Assembly (NCBI GenBank): GCA_963845565.1
Contig: CAWJSJ010000001.1
Coordinates: forward strand, 544,001 to 608,000
Length of the DNA stretch: 64,000 nt
Source of the DNA: an uncultured Methylomirabilota bacterium
GTDB taxonomy: Bacteria; Methylomirabilota; Methylomirabilia; Methylomirabilales; 2-02-FULL-66-22
Reading direction: 5' to 3'
Under the pieces are notes generated by a model. The model searched no databases. It saw only the letters and a program-made list of their open reading frames with translations, and was not told the DNA's origin. Position numbers and translations under genes: made by a program. Below, piece by piece: positions 1 through 11,427 of this stretch (positions within the stretch are counted from its first letter, which is position 1; every line of letters starts with the position of its first letter).

Positions 1-2
1 CG

Positions 3-371
3 CTGATCCTCCTGGGGGGACTGCAGTCGCTCCCCTTCGAACCCTATGAGGCGGCGGTGGTGGATGGGGCGGGCGGCTGGGACGTCTTCCGGTACATCAC
101 GCTGCCGCTGCTCAAGCCGTTCATCATCCTGGCTACGACTTTCCGGGTCATGGATTCGCTGCGGATCTTCGACGTCATCTATGCCACCACGGTGGGGGGA
201 CCGGCGGACGCCACCATGAATCTCCACATGCGGGCGTTCTTCTACGCCTTCCAGTGGTACCAGATGGGCATGGGCATGGCGTACGCGATGGTCCTCCTGG
301 CCATGGTCTTCGTCGCCAGCTACCTGCTGATGAACTACTGGCGCCGGTCCGCGGAGAAGACGGAGCTATGA
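3..371 (+). CDS. Carbohydrate ABC transporter permease (MalF/UgpA-like), 5'-truncated by the window edge
   Basis: EAA loop (YEAAVVDGAGGWDVFRYITLPLLKP), FDVIYATTVGGP motif and a C-terminal TM helix; frame is open to the window start. Confidence 0.9.
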   Translation: MILLGGLQSLPFEPYEAAVVDGAGGWDVFRYITLPLLKPFIILATTFRVMDSLRIFDVIYATTVGGPADATMNLHMRAFFYAFQWYQMGMGMAYAMVLLAMVFVASYLLMNYWRRSAEKTEL

Positions 372-1258
372 GCGCCGCATCCGGAGTCCGCCTCGGCTCT
401 CCCCGACCCCTCGTGCGGCTCGTGCGAGTAGGTGTGCTCACGGCTGCGGTCCTGGCCCTCGTCGTGTGGACGGTGTTTCCATTCTTCTGGATCCTGCTCA
501 CCTCGCTCAAGCAGCCGCTGGACGTGATCGCGGCGCCGCCGAAGATCTTTTTCGAGCCGACCCTGGACAACTATGCGGGGATCTTCATCGGACGCCAGCG
601 GGGGGCCTACGCCTCGGCCCGCCCCGACTTTCCACTCTTCTTCCTGAACAGCATCATCATCTCGGGCGGCGCGGTCCTGCTCTCCTTCCTGGCAGGCGTT
701 CCGGCCTCGTTTGCCTTGGCGCGTTACCGCTTCCGCTTCAAGGAGCAGCTGGCGTTCCTGTTCATGAGCTTTCGCTTCGCCCCCTTCATCGCGTTTCTGA
801 TCCCGCTCTACATACTCTTCCAGCGCACCGGCCTCTATAACACCTACCACGGCCTCATTCTCGCCTACCAGATCATCACACTGCCCTTCACGATCTGGAT
901 GCTGCGCAGCTTCTTCATGGAGATCCCGCTGGAAGTCGAGGAGGCCGCCAAGATCGACGGCTGCTCCTGGTGGGGAGTCCTGACCCATGTGATCCTGCCG
1001 CTCAGCCTCCCGGGGATTGCCGTCACCCTCATCCTGGGTTTCATGTTCAGCTGGAATGCCTTCAACTACCCCCTGATGCTGGCGGGACGGCAAACCTTTC
1101 CCGTGACGGTCGGGGCCATCCAGTTCATCTCCTACGAACAGGTCCTCTGGGGACAGATGGCGGCCGCCTCGCTGGTGGCCGTCGTGCCGCAGCTCATCCT
1201 CAGTCTCTTCGTCCAGAAATACATCGTGCGGGGCCTGACCATGGGGGCCATCCGCTAG
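368..1258 (+). CDS. Carbohydrate ABC transporter permease (MalG/UgpE-like)
   Basis: ATG at 368 overlaps the upstream TGA (ATGA); FPFFWILLTSLK, EVEEAAKIDGC and C-terminal VQKYIVRGLTMGAIR are typical of MalG. Confidence 0.92.
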   Translation: MSAASGVRLGSPRPLVRLVRVGVLTAAVLALVVWTVFPFFWILLTSLKQPLDVIAAPPKIFFEPTLDNYAGIFIGRQRGAYASARPDFPLFFLNSIIISGGAVLLSFLAGVPASFALARYRFRFKEQLAFLFMSFRFAPFIAFLIPLYILFQRTGLYNTYHGLILAYQIITLPFTIWMLRSFFMEIPLEVEEAAKIDGCSWWGVLTHVILPLSLPGIAVTLILGFMFSWNAFNYPLMLAGRQTFPVTVGAIQFISYEQVLWGQMAAASLVAVVPQLILSLFVQKYIVRGLTMGAIR

Positions 1259-1510
1259 CCGCACGGCGCGTGGGGGCGAGGCAGTCTGGCGACGGGGCGC
1301 CCCGGTCGAGAGGCGTCGTCCTCTCGTGGCGGCGGCCAGGCGTGGCGCAACGCACCTGTCCGGCGAGCGCGTCGCGTGGGGAAGCGCGGAGGTGATCGGC
1401 GGTCTGTCTGTGCGATCTGACGCCATGGCGCGTTCGGCGCTGGAAGCCGTACTGCCGCTTTTGGTGAGGAGTTACGGCGATTCATTTAGATCCTTCGGGA
1501 GGGAAATGGC

Positions 1511-1539
1511 TTGACAAGGCCGGAGGTGGTGGTTATTGT
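1511..1539 (+). promoter_or_regulatory. Sigma70-type promoter for the cheW-cheW-RR-valS unit
   Basis: TTGACA (1511-1516), 17 bp, TATTGT (1534-1539); AAGGAG RBS at 1575-1580 before TTG 1586. Confidence 0.7.
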
Positions 1540-1585
1540 CACCTCGCCTCTGCGGGGGTGCGGTGCTGGGTGGAAAGGAGTCGCG

Positions 1586-2089
1586 TTGGAGGGACGCACG
1601 CTGGCGAAACGCCCGTGGCGCGGCCGGGCAGAGCGGGCGGTCGCCCAGGAGCAGGTGCTGCTGTTCCGCGTGGGGGAGTGTCTCTGCGGCCTTGGTCTCC
1701 GCGGTCTCTGGGAGGTCTTGTCCCCCGACGGCGTCACCGAACTCCCAACGCCCTCGTATCAGATCTGCACCGCGCTGGCGTATCGCGGACGGCGACTTCC
1801 CCTGGTTCGCATGAGCGAACTGTTCGGGATGTCCGCCGAGAGAGTATTGCCCACCGCCCGGGTGCTGCTGGTCCAGGGGCAGGGGCGGCCATTGGGCCTG
1901 CTGGTGGACGAAGTGCTCGGGGTGGTGGACGTCAACCCCCAGCAAGTCGGCGCCATGCCGACGCAGGCCTCGCTCTTGAGCCCGGAGCTGTTTCGGGGGC
2001 TTTTCAGTCGAGAGAGCCAGGTGGTGATCTTGCTCAGCGAGGACGGGCTGGGCGGGATGGCAGAGGTTGCCCAATTCGCCGAGAACTGA
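1586..2089 (+). CDS. CheW-like domain protein
   Basis: VLLFRVG...YRGRRLPLVRMSELFG...LGLLVDEVLGVV CheW pattern; start reassigned to TTG 1586 from the RBS and promoter. Confidence 0.8.
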   Translation: MEGRTLAKRPWRGRAERAVAQEQVLLFRVGECLCGLGLRGLWEVLSPDGVTELPTPSYQICTALAYRGRRLPLVRMSELFGMSAERVLPTARVLLVQGQGRPLGLLVDEVLGVVDVNPQQVGAMPTQASLLSPELFRGLFSRESQVVILLSEDGLGGMAEVAQFAEN

Positions 2090-2121
2090 CCGGTGACGTG
2101 GCGGGGCGCGCCGAGGCGGGT

Positions 2122-2613
2122 ATGAGGACAGAGGAGCCGCGCAACGCCAAGACCGGCACCTCGACCGGAGGAACCCCGGTCGTTCTGTTCCAGTTGGCGG
2201 GCAAGTCGTTCGCGGCGGAGCTGGACCGAGTCGATCAGATCATCGAGTATCGCGAGCCCGCCAAGACGCCGCGACGCCCGGCGCACGTGGAAGGCGTGGT
2301 GGAGTATCGGGGACGGTACCTCGCGGTCGTAGACCTGCGAAAACGATTCGGCGTGGCGGAACCCAAGCCGGCGCACCCGGCGGTCCTGGTGCTCAAAGGG
2401 GTCGGTCCTGATCCGGTGGTGGGGTTGGTGGTTGACCAGGTCCTGCGCGTGCTTCCCCTTCCACCGGACGGGGTGTTGAGCCCCCCGCCTCGCGTCTTCG
2501 GGATTCGCGCGGAGTACATCCGCGGGGTCGCCAACGCCGCCGGTCGACCCGTGGTGTGGCTTGATTTGACGAAGGTGTTGACGACGCAGGAAGCGATCAC
2601 GTTACTGGCGTAG
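2122..2613 (+). CDS. CheW-like domain protein
   Basis: VVLFQLAGKSFA...VEGVVEYRGRYLAVVDLRKRFG...VGLVVDQVLRV...YIRGVA. Confidence 0.88.
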   Translation: MRTEEPRNAKTGTSTGGTPVVLFQLAGKSFAAELDRVDQIIEYREPAKTPRRPAHVEGVVEYRGRYLAVVDLRKRFGVAEPKPAHPAVLVLKGVGPDPVVGLVVDQVLRVLPLPPDGVLSPPPRVFGIRAEYIRGVANAAGRPVVWLDLTKVLTTQEAITLLA

Positions 2614-2719
2614 CCCGCGCGTCCGGATCGGATGAGGGCAGCGGGTGGCGTCCCGCTGGATGAGAGAAGAGGCGCGGTTTCCGGTGGGTGGGCTTGGCCT
2701 GTGGCCCCAGGAGGAACCG

Positions 2720-4114
2720 ATGGGCGCTCGAATCCTGGTTGCGGATGACAGTGTGACGATCCAGAAGGTGGTGGAGTTGACCTTTAGCAAGGAGGCCTTC
2801 GTCCTCACGCAGGCTCGGAACGGCGACGAGGCCATCCGCAAAGCGAAGGAGATGCGGCCCGATCTGATCTTGTTGGATCTCGTCATGCCGGACATGAACG
2901 GCTACGACGTGTGCGCCGCGTTGCGGTCCGAGCCGGCGTTGCGGTCGGTGCCCATCATTCTATTGGCCGGCACCTTCGAATCGTTCGATCAGCAACGCGG
3001 CAGCCAGGCCGGCGCGAGCGACTTTGTCACCAAGCCGTTCGAGTCGCAGGTGCTCGTCGGCAAGGTGAAGCAGCTCTTGTTCGCGCGATCGTTGGAAACG
3101 GCGGCGGCCGCCGCCGTGCCCAAACCATCGCTCGATGCGGACACCCTGAAGATCTCCTCGGTCCCGCCGGTCCCTGCGGACTCGATCGTACGTCAACCGC
3201 CGCCGCCCGCGCCGCCTGCGGCCCTCTCCGTGGATCTGGGGCCGCTCGACCTGGAACCCGTCGCCCTCGACGAGTCTCAGTTGGCGCCCCTGTCGGCGGA
3301 TGCGGAGACGCTTCCCTTGCCTGACAGCTTGTCGTTGGACGACCTGCTGACGACCGGGCCCCCCGCGCCGGCCGCCGCTCCTCGGCTCGAGATCCCGGCG
3401 ACGGAGACGGTCGGGGCGGAACCCGTCTTCGAGTTGACCGACACGGAGGCCCCGCCGTTGCCCATGGTCGAAGCGGGCATGGGGGAGCCGCCGGCGCTCT
3501 CGGTCGAGGAGGTCCTGGCGTCACCGGCGGCCGCCGCCGCGGACGTGACGATCGTGGACCTTCCCCAGATCGATCTGGCCACGCTTTCCGCAGCGCTCCC
3601 GCCGTCACTGACCGAGCAGGGGCCGCACGACGCCGATCGGTGTCGCGCCAGGCGATCAGGCCCCTGGCCCGATCCTGGAAGAGTTCCCGGTTCAGCCGGA
3701 AGCGCCCATGATCTACGAGGCTGCTGCCCCGGCCGCGTCTGCGGAGATCGCACCCTCGATCCTGGAGGAGGAGCGACCGCTCAGTCTTCTGGAGGCGGCG
3801 GAATCCGCCGCCGCGATGCCGGCGTCTCCGGACGCCGCCGCCGTCGCGAGGACATGGTTCCCGCTGCGCTCACCCCGACGGCCCCCGAGCTCCCGCAGAC
3901 GCTGCCGCTTGGCGTGGCGGCGACGGACATGGCGGCGATGCGGGAGGCGGTTACGGAGCGGGTGGCGCACGACCTACGCCGGGAACTCAGCGAGAAGCTC
4001 CTCGACCGGTTCGAGAAGATCGTCTGGGAAGTGGTGCCCGATCTCGCCGAGATCCTGATCGCGAAGGAGATCGAACGGATCCGCTGCCTGGCGGAGGAAG
4101 AGAAGTCCTCCTGA
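2720..4114 (+). CDS. RomR-like response regulator (receiver, Pro/Ala/acidic linker, conserved helical C-terminus); compensating frameshifts in the linker near 3625 and 3850
   Basis: Receiver ILVADDS...LILLDLVMP...FVTKPF; C-terminal [23 protein letters not shown] resembles the RomR C-terminus; lies directly upstream of valS. Confidence 0.8.
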   Translation: MGARILVADDSVTIQKVVELTFSKEAFVLTQARNGDEAIRKAKEMRPDLILLDLVMPDMNGYDVCAALRSEPALRSVPIILLAGTFESFDQQRGSQAGASDFVTKPFESQVLVGKVKQLLFARSLETAAAAAVPKPSLDADTLKISSVPPVPADSIVRQPPPPAPPAALSVDLGPLDLEPVALDESQLAPLSADAETLPLPDSLSLDDLLTTGPPAPAAAPRLEIPATETVGAEPVFELTDTEAPPLPMVEAGMGEPPALSVEEVLASPAAAAADVTIVDLPQIDLATLSAALPPSLTEQGPHDADRCRARRSGPWPDPGRVPGSAGSAHDLRGCCPGRVCGDRTLDPGGGATAQSSGGGGIRRRDAGVSGRRRRREDMVPAALTPTAPELPQTLPLGVAATDMAAMREAVTERVAHDLRRELSEKLLDRFEKIVWEVVPDLAEILIAKEIERIRCLAEEEKSS

Positions 4115-4187
4115 ACGCGACGGGAAATCCTTTGGGGATGCTGTGCCCTGTCGGGCCGGCGTCCCCATCTCATTTGTGGAGCCTGTG

Positions 4188-6992
4188 ATGACCGCACCCA
4201 ACGATTCCGTGGCCTCCCAGCCGTCGGCCCCGCCCGAGGCCGGCGGGCAAGGCAAGCAGGGGTACGATCCCGAGGGGGTGGAGGCGCGCTGGTACCGCGC
4301 CTGGGAAGAGCGGAATCTCTTCCACGCCGACGAAACCTCCACGGCCCCCCCGTATTGTATCGTCATCCCGCCGCCGAACGTGACGGGCTCGCTCCACATG
4401 GGGCACGCCCTGAACAACACGCTGCAGGATATTCTGATCCGGTGGCATCGGATGTGCGGGGACAACACCCTCTGGATGCCGGGCACGGATCATGCCGGCA
4501 TTGCCACGCAGAACGTGGTGGAGCGGCAGCTCCGGCAAGAGGGGCTTTCGCGGGACCAGCTTGGCCGCGAGGCATTCGTGGAGCGGGTCTGGAAGTGGAA
4601 GCGCGAGTCGGGCGGGACCATCATCCGCCAGCTCCGGACGCTGGGCGCGTCCTGCGACTGGGCCCGCGAGCGATTCACGCTGGACCCCGGGCTGTCGGAG
4701 GCGGTGAAGGAGGTCTTCTGCCAGCTCTACGAGGCGGGGTTGATCTACCGCGGGAACTATATCATCAACTGGTGCCCCCGCTGCCAGACGGCGCTCTCGG
4801 ATCTGGAGGTGGAGTACCAGGAGCGGGACGGGAAGCTGTGGCACCTCCGGTACCCACTTGCCGACGGCACGGGCGAGGTGGTGGTGGCGACGACGCGGCC
4901 GGAGACGATGCTGGGCGACACGGCGGTGGCGATCCATCCCGAGGACGAGCGCCTGGCAGGGCTGCAGGGCCGGCGGGTGTTGTTGCCCGTGATGGGTCGG
5001 GAAATCCCGATCATCGCCGATACGTACGTGGACCGCGAGTTCGGGACCGGCTTCGTCAAGGTGACCCCGGCGCACGATCCCAAGGACTTCGAGTGCGGCC
5101 TGCGCCACGATCTCCCGCAGATCAAGGTCATCGCCGATGATGGCCGGATGAACGAGAACGCCGGTCCCTACGCGGGACAGGACCGATTCGCCAGCCGCAA
5201 GGGCCTGGTCCAGCAACTCGAGCGCGAAGGGTTCCTGGTGAAGGTCGAGGATCATCGTCACGCGGTCGGGCACTGCTACCGCTGCCAGACGGTGGTCGAG
5301 CCGTCCCTGTCTCGCCAGTGGTTCGTCAAGATGGCGCCCCTGGCCGAGCCCGCCATCCGGGCGGTCGAGACGGGCAAGATCCGAATCATCCCCAGCCAGT
5401 GGGAGAAGACCTATTTCGAGTGGATGCGGAACATCCGGGACTGGTGCATCTCGCGGCAGATCTGGTGGGGTCACCGGATCCCGGCGTGGTACTGCGATCC
5501 CTGCGGCGAGACGGTGGTCTCCCGGACGACGCCGACGGGCTGTCCGCGCTGTGGCGGGGGACTGCGCCAGGAGACGGATGTGCTGGACACCTGGTTCAGC
5601 TCCGGCCTCTGGCCCTTCTCGACGCTCGGCTGGCCCGAGAAAACCAAGGCGCTGGGCGCGTACTATCCGACGGCATGCCTCGTCACCGGGTTCGACATCC
5701 TATTCTTCTGGGTAGCCCGGATGATCATGCTGGGGCTGCGCTTCATGGGGGACGTGCCCTTCCGGGATGTGGTGATCCACGGCTTGATCCGGGACGAGCA
5801 GGGCGAGAAAATGTCCAAGACCCGGGGGAACGTCATCGACCCCCTGCACGTGGTCAACGGGGCGACGTTGGACGACCTCCTGGCCGGCGCCAAGGCGGGA
5901 GGGGCGCCGCCCGCGGCCCTGGACAGCATCACGCGGCAGTACCCGGACGGCTTTCCCCGGTTCGGCGCCGACGCGCTGCGCTTCACGCTGGCCGCGCTGG
6001 CGGGCCAGGGGAGCGACGTCAAGCTCTCGGTCAAACGCATCGAGGGCTACCGCCACTTCTGCAACAAGATCTGGAACGCTTACCGGTTCGCGGCGCCGCA
6101 TCTGACCGACGAGGCGCGGGCGGTGCGACTCGCCGACCTGCCGCTCACGGTGGCCGATGAGTGGATCCTGAGCCGGCTGAATGCCGTCACCCGGGGCGTG
6201 ACGGAGGCGTTTCAGAGCTACCGCTTCAACGACGCGGCGTCGCTCCTCTACCAGTTCCTGTGGCACGAGTACTGCGACTGGTACCTGGAGATCGTCAAGA
6301 ACCGGTTGGCGGGGCCCGATCCGGAGGAGCGGAAGCGGACCGGGCGGATCCTGCTGGCGCGGGCGCTGGAGCACGCAATGCGTCTGCTCCATCCGATCAT
6401 GCCGTTCCTGACGGAGGAGATCTGGCAGCAGCTCCCGCACGACGGACCCAGCGTGATGACGGCGCCGTGGCCGCAGGCCGACCCGGCCCTGGACTTCCCG
6501 CGATCCGTGGACAGCATGGAAACGCTCATGGAGATCACACGCGAGGTGCGGAATATCCGCTCGGGGTACAACATCTCGCCCGCGCAGCGGGTCCCATTGG
6601 TCGTGAACACCGCCAGCGTCGACCAGGACGCTACGCTGGCGTCCTGCCGGGAGTATCTGGTGAATCTGGCGCGACTGTCCAGCCTTGAGTTTGGGCAGGG
6701 TCTGGCGAAGCCGCCGCTGGCGGCCACCGTCGTGGTCCGGGGGTTCGAGGTGCACGTACCCCTGGCGGAGGTCATCGACTTTGGCGCCGAGCGGCAGCGG
6801 TTGCAGAAGGAATTGGCCAAGACCGCGGCGACGCTGGAACGGATCGCCAAGAAACTGGGCAACGAGGAGTTTGTCGGCAAGGCGCCGGCAGAGGTGGTGA
6901 GCCAGCAACGAGCCACCCAGGCGGAACTGGCAGATCAGCACGCCAAGCTCGCGGCGACGCTGGCGCACATTGAGGAGCATTTGGGAAAGTGA
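4188..6992 (+). CDS. valS: Valine--tRNA ligase
   Basis: [40 protein letters not shown] and a C-terminal coiled coil. Confidence 0.98.
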   Translation: MTAPNDSVASQPSAPPEAGGQGKQGYDPEGVEARWYRAWEERNLFHADETSTAPPYCIVIPPPNVTGSLHMGHALNNTLQDILIRWHRMCGDNTLWMPGTDHAGIATQNVVERQLRQEGLSRDQLGREAFVERVWKWKRESGGTIIRQLRTLGASCDWARERFTLDPGLSEAVKEVFCQLYEAGLIYRGNYIINWCPRCQTALSDLEVEYQERDGKLWHLRYPLADGTGEVVVATTRPETMLGDTAVAIHPEDERLAGLQGRRVLLPVMGREIPIIADTYVDREFGTGFVKVTPAHDPKDFECGLRHDLPQIKVIADDGRMNENAGPYAGQDRFASRKGLVQQLEREGFLVKVEDHRHAVGHCYRCQTVVEPSLSRQWFVKMAPLAEPAIRAVETGKIRIIPSQWEKTYFEWMRNIRDWCISRQIWWGHRIPAWYCDPCGETVVSRTTPTGCPRCGGGLRQETDVLDTWFSSGLWPFSTLGWPEKTKALGAYYPTACLVTGFDILFFWVARMIMLGLRFMGDVPFRDVVIHGLIRDEQGEKMSKTRGNVIDPLHVVNGATLDDLLAGAKAGGAPPAALDSITRQYPDGFPRFGADALRFTLAALAGQGSDVKLSVKRIEGYRHFCNKIWNAYRFAAPHLTDEARAVRLADLPLTVADEWILSRLNAVTRGVTEAFQSYRFNDAASLLYQFLWHEYCDWYLEIVKNRLAGPDPEERKRTGRILLARALEHAMRLLHPIMPFLTEEIWQQLPHDGPSVMTAPWPQADPALDFPRSVDSMETLMEITREVRNIRSGYNISPAQRVPLVVNTASVDQDATLASCREYLVNLARLSSLEFGQGLAKPPLAATVVVRGFEVHVPLAEVIDFGAERQRLQKELAKTAATLERIAKKLGNEEFVGKAPAEVVSQQRATQAELADQHAKLAATLAHIEEHLGK

Positions 6993-7082
6993 AGCGATCA
7001 GCGATCAGCGATCAGCACTCAGCGTTCGGATTGAATGTCGTTGTTCTTGACTGAACGCTGACCGCTGAACGCTGATCGCTGT
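6993..7082. repeat. Inverted arrays of heptamer repeats forming a long imperfect hairpin
   Basis: AGCGATC x3, AGCACTC, AGCGTTC (6993-7027), then complementary GCTGACC/GCTGAAC/GCTGATC units (~7059-7082). Confidence 0.85.
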
Positions 7083-7093
7083 TGGTCTCAACC

Positions 7094-7891
7094 ATGCCCA
7101 TTCCTGCAGATATCACTCCCGAAAAGATTCAGTCGCTGCTGACGGGCCGGGTCATCGGCCGGCGGCTGCGGGTCGTGGCCGAGATCGGGTCGACGAACGA
7201 TGCGGCGATGGCGGCCGGGCGCGCGGGAGAGCCGGAAGGTCTGGCGATCCTGGCGGATCAGCAAACGGACGGCCGCGGACGGCTCGGGCGCAGTTGGGCT
7301 TCGCTGCCAGGTCTTGGCATTTACACGTCCATTCTCTTGCGTCCCTCGGTGCCGCCCCTCCTGGCACCGCTCCTCACGCTGATGGCCGGCCTCGCCACGG
7401 CCGAGGCCATCGAGGGCGTGGGGCAGGTGGCGCCGACCCTGAAGTGGCCCAACGACGTCCTGTGCGACGGGCGCAAAACGGCCGGCATCCTGACCGAGAT
7501 GGCAACCATCGGGCAGCAGATCGGCCAGGTCGCGATCGGGGTCGGGATCAATGTCCGGCACCGCGCGACGGATTTTCCTGCAGACGTCAAGGATGCGGCA
7601 ACCTCGATCGAACTGGCAGCCGGCCGCCCGGTGGATCGGGGAGAGATGGCCGCCGCCCTGTACAACGCCATGGATCGGTGGTATGAGGTCTTCTGCCACA
7701 AGGGGACGGATTCGATCCTCCAGCAAGCGCGCTGGCGAACCGCGACGCTTGGACGTCCGGTCACCGTCCTGGCGGATGACCAGCGGTGGCAGGGGATCGC
7801 CCTGGACCTGGACACGGATGGGGCCCTGCTTGTGCGGGACGAGACCGGCGCCGTTCGTCGGGTCCTTGCCGACGATGTCTCCATCCGGTGA
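7094..7891 (+). CDS. birA: Biotin--[acetyl-CoA-carboxylase] ligase without an N-terminal HTH
   Basis: STND, QTDGRGRLGRSW, LKWPND and KTAGILTE motifs. Confidence 0.95.
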   Translation: MPIPADITPEKIQSLLTGRVIGRRLRVVAEIGSTNDAAMAAGRAGEPEGLAILADQQTDGRGRLGRSWASLPGLGIYTSILLRPSVPPLLAPLLTLMAGLATAEAIEGVGQVAPTLKWPNDVLCDGRKTAGILTEMATIGQQIGQVAIGVGINVRHRATDFPADVKDAATSIELAAGRPVDRGEMAAALYNAMDRWYEVFCHKGTDSILQQARWRTATLGRPVTVLADDQRWQGIALDLDTDGALLVRDETGAVRRVLADDVSIR

Positions 7892-8045
7892 CAGGCCGCT
7901 GAAAACGGCCCATCTGCTGCGTTGGCGCGCTCGCGCGGCGCTGCGGCGTACGTTCCAGTACGCCTCGCACCTCGCGTCGCTTGCCGCCTTGCATCTGGAC
8001 CGTTTTGAGCGGCCTGGTCGGGAAGAAGCTTTTCGCAGCCAACTG
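7892..8045 (+). mobile_element. Miniature palindromic element, family 1, copy a
   Basis: CAGGCCGCTGAAAACGG...CCGTTTTGAGCGGCCTG (7892-8016) plus a degenerate outer end; related copies at 43364, 51528 and 63470. Confidence 0.8.
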
Positions 8046-8087
8046 AGCGCACCATCGTCGAACGTTCCATGCTCAACGCGCCACACG

Positions 8088-8120
8088 TTCTGGACTTCTG
8101 ACTTCTGACCGCTGACCGCT
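8088..8120 (+). repeat. Short heptamer tandem repeat (CTGACTT/CTGACCG)
   Basis: TTCTGGACTTCTGACTTCTGACCGCTGACCGCT, same class as the 7059-7082 heptamers. Confidence 0.6.
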
Positions 8121-8140
8121 ATTCACCAGCAGGAGCTGCC

Positions 8141-8905
8141 ATGCTGCTAGCCCTCGACGTCGGCAACACGAATACGGTGGTGGGTGTCTTCGACGGTTCG
8201 GAGCTGAAGGCACACTGGCGGCTTTCCACTCGCCGCGCCGGAACGAGCGACGAGTACGGGATCTTCATCAAGAGCCTCTTCGACTTCGCCGGCCTGGACT
8301 TTCGCGCCATCAACGCCGTGATCCTGTCCACCGTGGTTCCCACGGTCCAGGGGCCGCTGGAGGAGATGAGCCGGCAGTTCTTCGGCGTGGAGGCGATGGT
8401 GGTCGGCCCCGGCCTGAAGAGCGGGATGCCGATCCTCTACGAGGCGCCGCGCGAGGTCGGGGCGGACCGGATCGTGAACGCCGTGGCGGCGTTCGAGCTG
8501 TATGGGGGCCCGTGCATCGTGGTGGACTTCGGCACGGCCACGACCTTCGACGCCATCTCCGAACGAGGTGAGTACCTCGGCGGCGCGATCTGCCCCGGGA
8601 TCGGCATCTCCGCAGAGGCGCTGTTCCAGCGCGCAGCCAAGCTCCCACGGGTCGAGATCTCGCGGCCCAAGTCGGTGATCGGCCGGAACACCGTGCACAG
8701 CATGCAATCGGGGCTTTACTTCGGCTACCTGAGCCTGGTGGAAGGCCTCGTCGCCCGGATGCGAGAGGAACTGGAGGGGAAGCCGAAGGTGATCGCCACG
8801 GGCGGCCTGGCCAGCCTGCTGTTGGCGGGATCCCGCCTGGTCGACCACCTCGACCCCTGGCTCACACTAACGGGGCTGCGAATCCTCTACGAGCGGAACC
8901 GGTAG
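8141..8905 (+). CDS. coaX: Type III pantothenate kinase
   Basis: MLLALDVGNTNT, EVGADRIVNA, VVDFGTATT and VIATGG motifs; AGGAG RBS. Confidence 0.96.
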   Translation: MLLALDVGNTNTVVGVFDGSELKAHWRLSTRRAGTSDEYGIFIKSLFDFAGLDFRAINAVILSTVVPTVQGPLEEMSRQFFGVEAMVVGPGLKSGMPILYEAPREVGADRIVNAVAAFELYGGPCIVVDFGTATTFDAISERGEYLGGAICPGIGISAEALFQRAAKLPRVEISRPKSVIGRNTVHSMQSGLYFGYLSLVEGLVARMREELEGKPKVIATGGLASLLLAGSRLVDHLDPWLTLTGLRILYERNR

Positions 8906-8990
8906 GGACGGCGATCAGGCGATCATGCGGCGGGGCTTCGAGACTACAGATCTTCTGAATGCCGGGTCGCTATCGGCGAGTCGGTCCGGT

Positions 8991-10046
8991 CTAGCAGATG
9001 CGGGGGAGCTGCTCGCCGCTCAGCATGTCCATGATGCGAGTGGCGCCGATCCGGCTCTCGATGGTGACGAGGCCGACGGGCTTTTCCGCCACCCGGCCGA
9101 TGATCGCGGCATCCTTCCCATTCGGGTGCGCCTGCAGGATGCGGAGGGCGCGTTCCGCCTGATCGCTGGGAACGAAAGCGACGAAGCGGCCCTCGTTCGC
9201 GACGTAGAGGGGGTCGAACCCCAGGATCTCGCAGGCCCCGCGCACTTCCTCGCCAACGGGGACGGCGACCTCGCGGATATGGATCTGCACCTTCGCCGCC
9301 TCGGCGATCTCGATGAGGGCGCTGGCCAGGCCTCCGCGCGTCAAGTCCCGCAGACAGTGCACCTCGATCCCCGCCGAGAGCAGGTCGGTGACCAATCCGG
9401 CGAGCGGGGCGCAATCGCTTTCGATCGTCGTCTCGAAGGCGAGGTTTTCCCGTACCGCCATGATGGCCATGCCGTGTCGGCCGACGTCGCCGCTCAAAAC
9501 GATGGCGTCGCCGGGCCGGACGCTGGTCGGCGTGATGGCCAGGGAGTGGTCGATCCGTCCGACACCCGCCGTGGTGATGAAGATCCCATCGCCCTTGCCT
9601 CGATCCACGACCTTGGTGTCTCCCGTCACGATCTGAATTCCGGCGGCGTCCGCGGCGTGCCGCATGGACACCAGGATCCGCTGGAGCGTCTCGACGGGAA
9701 GCCCCTCCTCCAGAACGAAGCCGGCGCTGAGGTACAGCGGCCGGGCCCCGCTCATGGCCAGGTCATTGACCGTCCCGTTGACCGCCAGGGTGCCGATGTC
9801 GCCCCCAGGGAAGAACAGCGGCCGGACCACGTAGCCGTCGGTGGTAAACGCCAGCCGAGCCCCGGCAATCTCGAGCACGGCGCTGTCGTGCCGGACGTCC
9901 AGGACCGGGTTCCGAAAGGCCGGGACGATGGTCTGCTCGATCAGTTGGTGCATCAGCCGGCCGCCGCCGCCGTGGGCGAGCAGGATATGGGCGTAGTCGC
10001 CGTGGGGGATCGGGCAACTGGCGGAGAAATCCACGGGGTCCGTCAC
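8991..10046 (-). CDS. hypE: Hydrogenase maturation carbamoyl dehydratase
   Basis: [31 protein letters not shown] and C-terminal EQLPRIC; GTG start overlaps the hypD stop. Confidence 0.96.
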   Translation of the reverse strand: MTDPVDFSASCPIPHGDYAHILLAHGGGGRLMHQLIEQTIVPAFRNPVLDVRHDSAVLEIAGARLAFTTDGYVVRPLFFPGGDIGTLAVNGTVNDLAMSGARPLYLSAGFVLEEGLPVETLQRILVSMRHAADAAGIQIVTGDTKVVDRGKGDGIFITTAGVGRIDHSLAITPTSVRPGDAIVLSGDVGRHGMAIMAVRENLAFETTIESDCAPLAGLVTDLLSAGIEVHCLRDLTRGGLASALIEIAEAAKVQIHIREVAVPVGEEVRGACEILGFDPLYVANEGRFVAFVPSDQAERALRILQAHPNGKDAAIIGRVAEKPVGLVTIESRIGATRIMDMLSGEQLPRIC

Positions 10047-11164
10047 GAACGTGGCTCCACGGCGGCGGTGTCGGCGTCGCGCATCCGCCGGTAACGGTAG
10101 TATGCGGCGCAGGCACCTTCCGAGGAGACCATGGGGGCGCCCAGCGGGCGCTCGGGCGTGCAGCGGGTGCCGAAGGCCGGGCACTCGTGCGGTTTCAGGA
10201 CTCCCTGGAGGACGAGGCCGCTCTGACATTCCGAGGTGTGGTCCGACCCCGAGGCGGCCGGACCGAACCGGCGCTCGGCGTCGAAGTCCGCGTACGCGTC
10301 GCTGAGACCCAGACCGCTCTCCGGGATCTCGCCCACGCCCCGCCACCTGCGCCGCACCACCCGGAAGACCTCGCGGATCAATTGCTGGGCGGGCCGATTT
10401 CCCTCGCGGCGGACGGAGCGGGCATACTGGTTCTCGACCTCGGCGCGGCCGGATTCGAGCTGCGCGACGCACATGGCGATGCCCTGGAAGACGTCCACCG
10501 GCTCGAACCCGGTGACCACGATGGGGACGCGGTACTTGGCGGCGATCGGCTCGTACTCCTGGTACCCCATGACGGCGCAGACGTGCCCCGCAGCGAGGAA
10601 ACCCTGGACGCGGTTCCGGGGCGACGACAGGATGGCCTCCATGGCCGGCGGCACGAGGACGTGGGAGACGAGCAGGGAGAAGTTGGCGAGCCCCTCGCGC
10701 CGCGCCTGGGCCACGGCCATGGCGTTGGCCGGCGCGGTGGTCTCGAATCCGACGGCGAAGAACACAATCTGCTTGTCCGGATGTTCCTTGGCGATGCGGA
10801 CGGTGTCCAGGGGCGAGTAGACGATGCGCACGTCACCGCCACGGGCCTTCACGGTGAGGAGATCGTGCGTGGTTCCGGGAACGCGCAGCATATCGCCAAA
10901 GGAGCAGAAGATGACGTCGGGCCGCGAGGCGATCTCGACGGCCTTGTCGATCAGTTCGATGGGCGTCACGCACACGGGGCAGCCGGGGCCATGGACGAGC
11001 GTGAGGCTCTTGGGCAGCAGGGTGTCCACACCGTATTTCACGATGGTGTGGGTCTGGCCGCCGCAGATCTCCATGATCGTCCAGGGGCGGGTGACCTGCC
11101 TCGCGATGGCGCGGGCGTAGCCTTGGGCGACGCCCGCGTCGCGGTATTCGTCCACAAATTTCAT
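10043..11164 (-). CDS. hypD: Hydrogenase formation protein HypD
   Basis: [33 protein letters not shown] and [12 protein letters not shown]. Confidence 0.97.
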   Translation of the reverse strand: MKFVDEYRDAGVAQGYARAIARQVTRPWTIMEICGGQTHTIVKYGVDTLLPKSLTLVHGPGCPVCVTPIELIDKAVEIASRPDVIFCSFGDMLRVPGTTHDLLTVKARGGDVRIVYSPLDTVRIAKEHPDKQIVFFAVGFETTAPANAMAVAQARREGLANFSLLVSHVLVPPAMEAILSSPRNRVQGFLAAGHVCAVMGYQEYEPIAAKYRVPIVVTGFEPVDVFQGIAMCVAQLESGRAEVENQYARSVRREGNRPAQQLIREVFRVVRRRWRGVGEIPESGLGLSDAYADFDAERRFGPAASGSDHTSECQSGLVLQGVLKPHECPAFGTRCTPERPLGAPMVSSEGACAAYYRYRRMRDADTAAVEPRS

Positions 11165-11415
11165 GCGGACAGGTCCTGGGCGGTATTCGCCTGATCGATT
11201 TGTTTCAGGTAGGTGAACACCTCGTTCGCTTCCGCCTCGTCGAGTCGGCTGATCGCCATGCCCACATGGACGATGACGTAGTCGCCGACCTGCGCCTCGG
11301 GGAGGCACATCAGATTCACGTTCTTGATGATCCCGCCGAAGCTCACCTTGCCGGTGCGCTGCAGAGGGTCTTCTCCGCTGATGCTGACGAGCTGTCCTGG
11401 AACGGCCAAACACAT
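11161..11415 (-). CDS. hypC: Hydrogenase assembly chaperone
   Basis: MCLAVPG...[11 protein letters not shown]. Confidence 0.97.
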   Translation of the reverse strand: MCLAVPGQLVSISGEDPLQRTGKVSFGGIIKNVNLMCLPEAQVGDYVIVHVGMAISRLDEAEANEVFTYLKQIDQANTAQDLSA

Positions 11416-11427
11416 GACGCTTACTCC

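Noticed and set aside
1511..1585. TTG start at 1511 for the first CheW
   Set aside because: That TTG is part of the -35 box TTGACA; the RBS supports TTG 1586.
10043..11413. Long N-terminal extension of HypD
   Set aside because: It overlaps hypC in another frame; HypD starts at MKFVDEY (11164).
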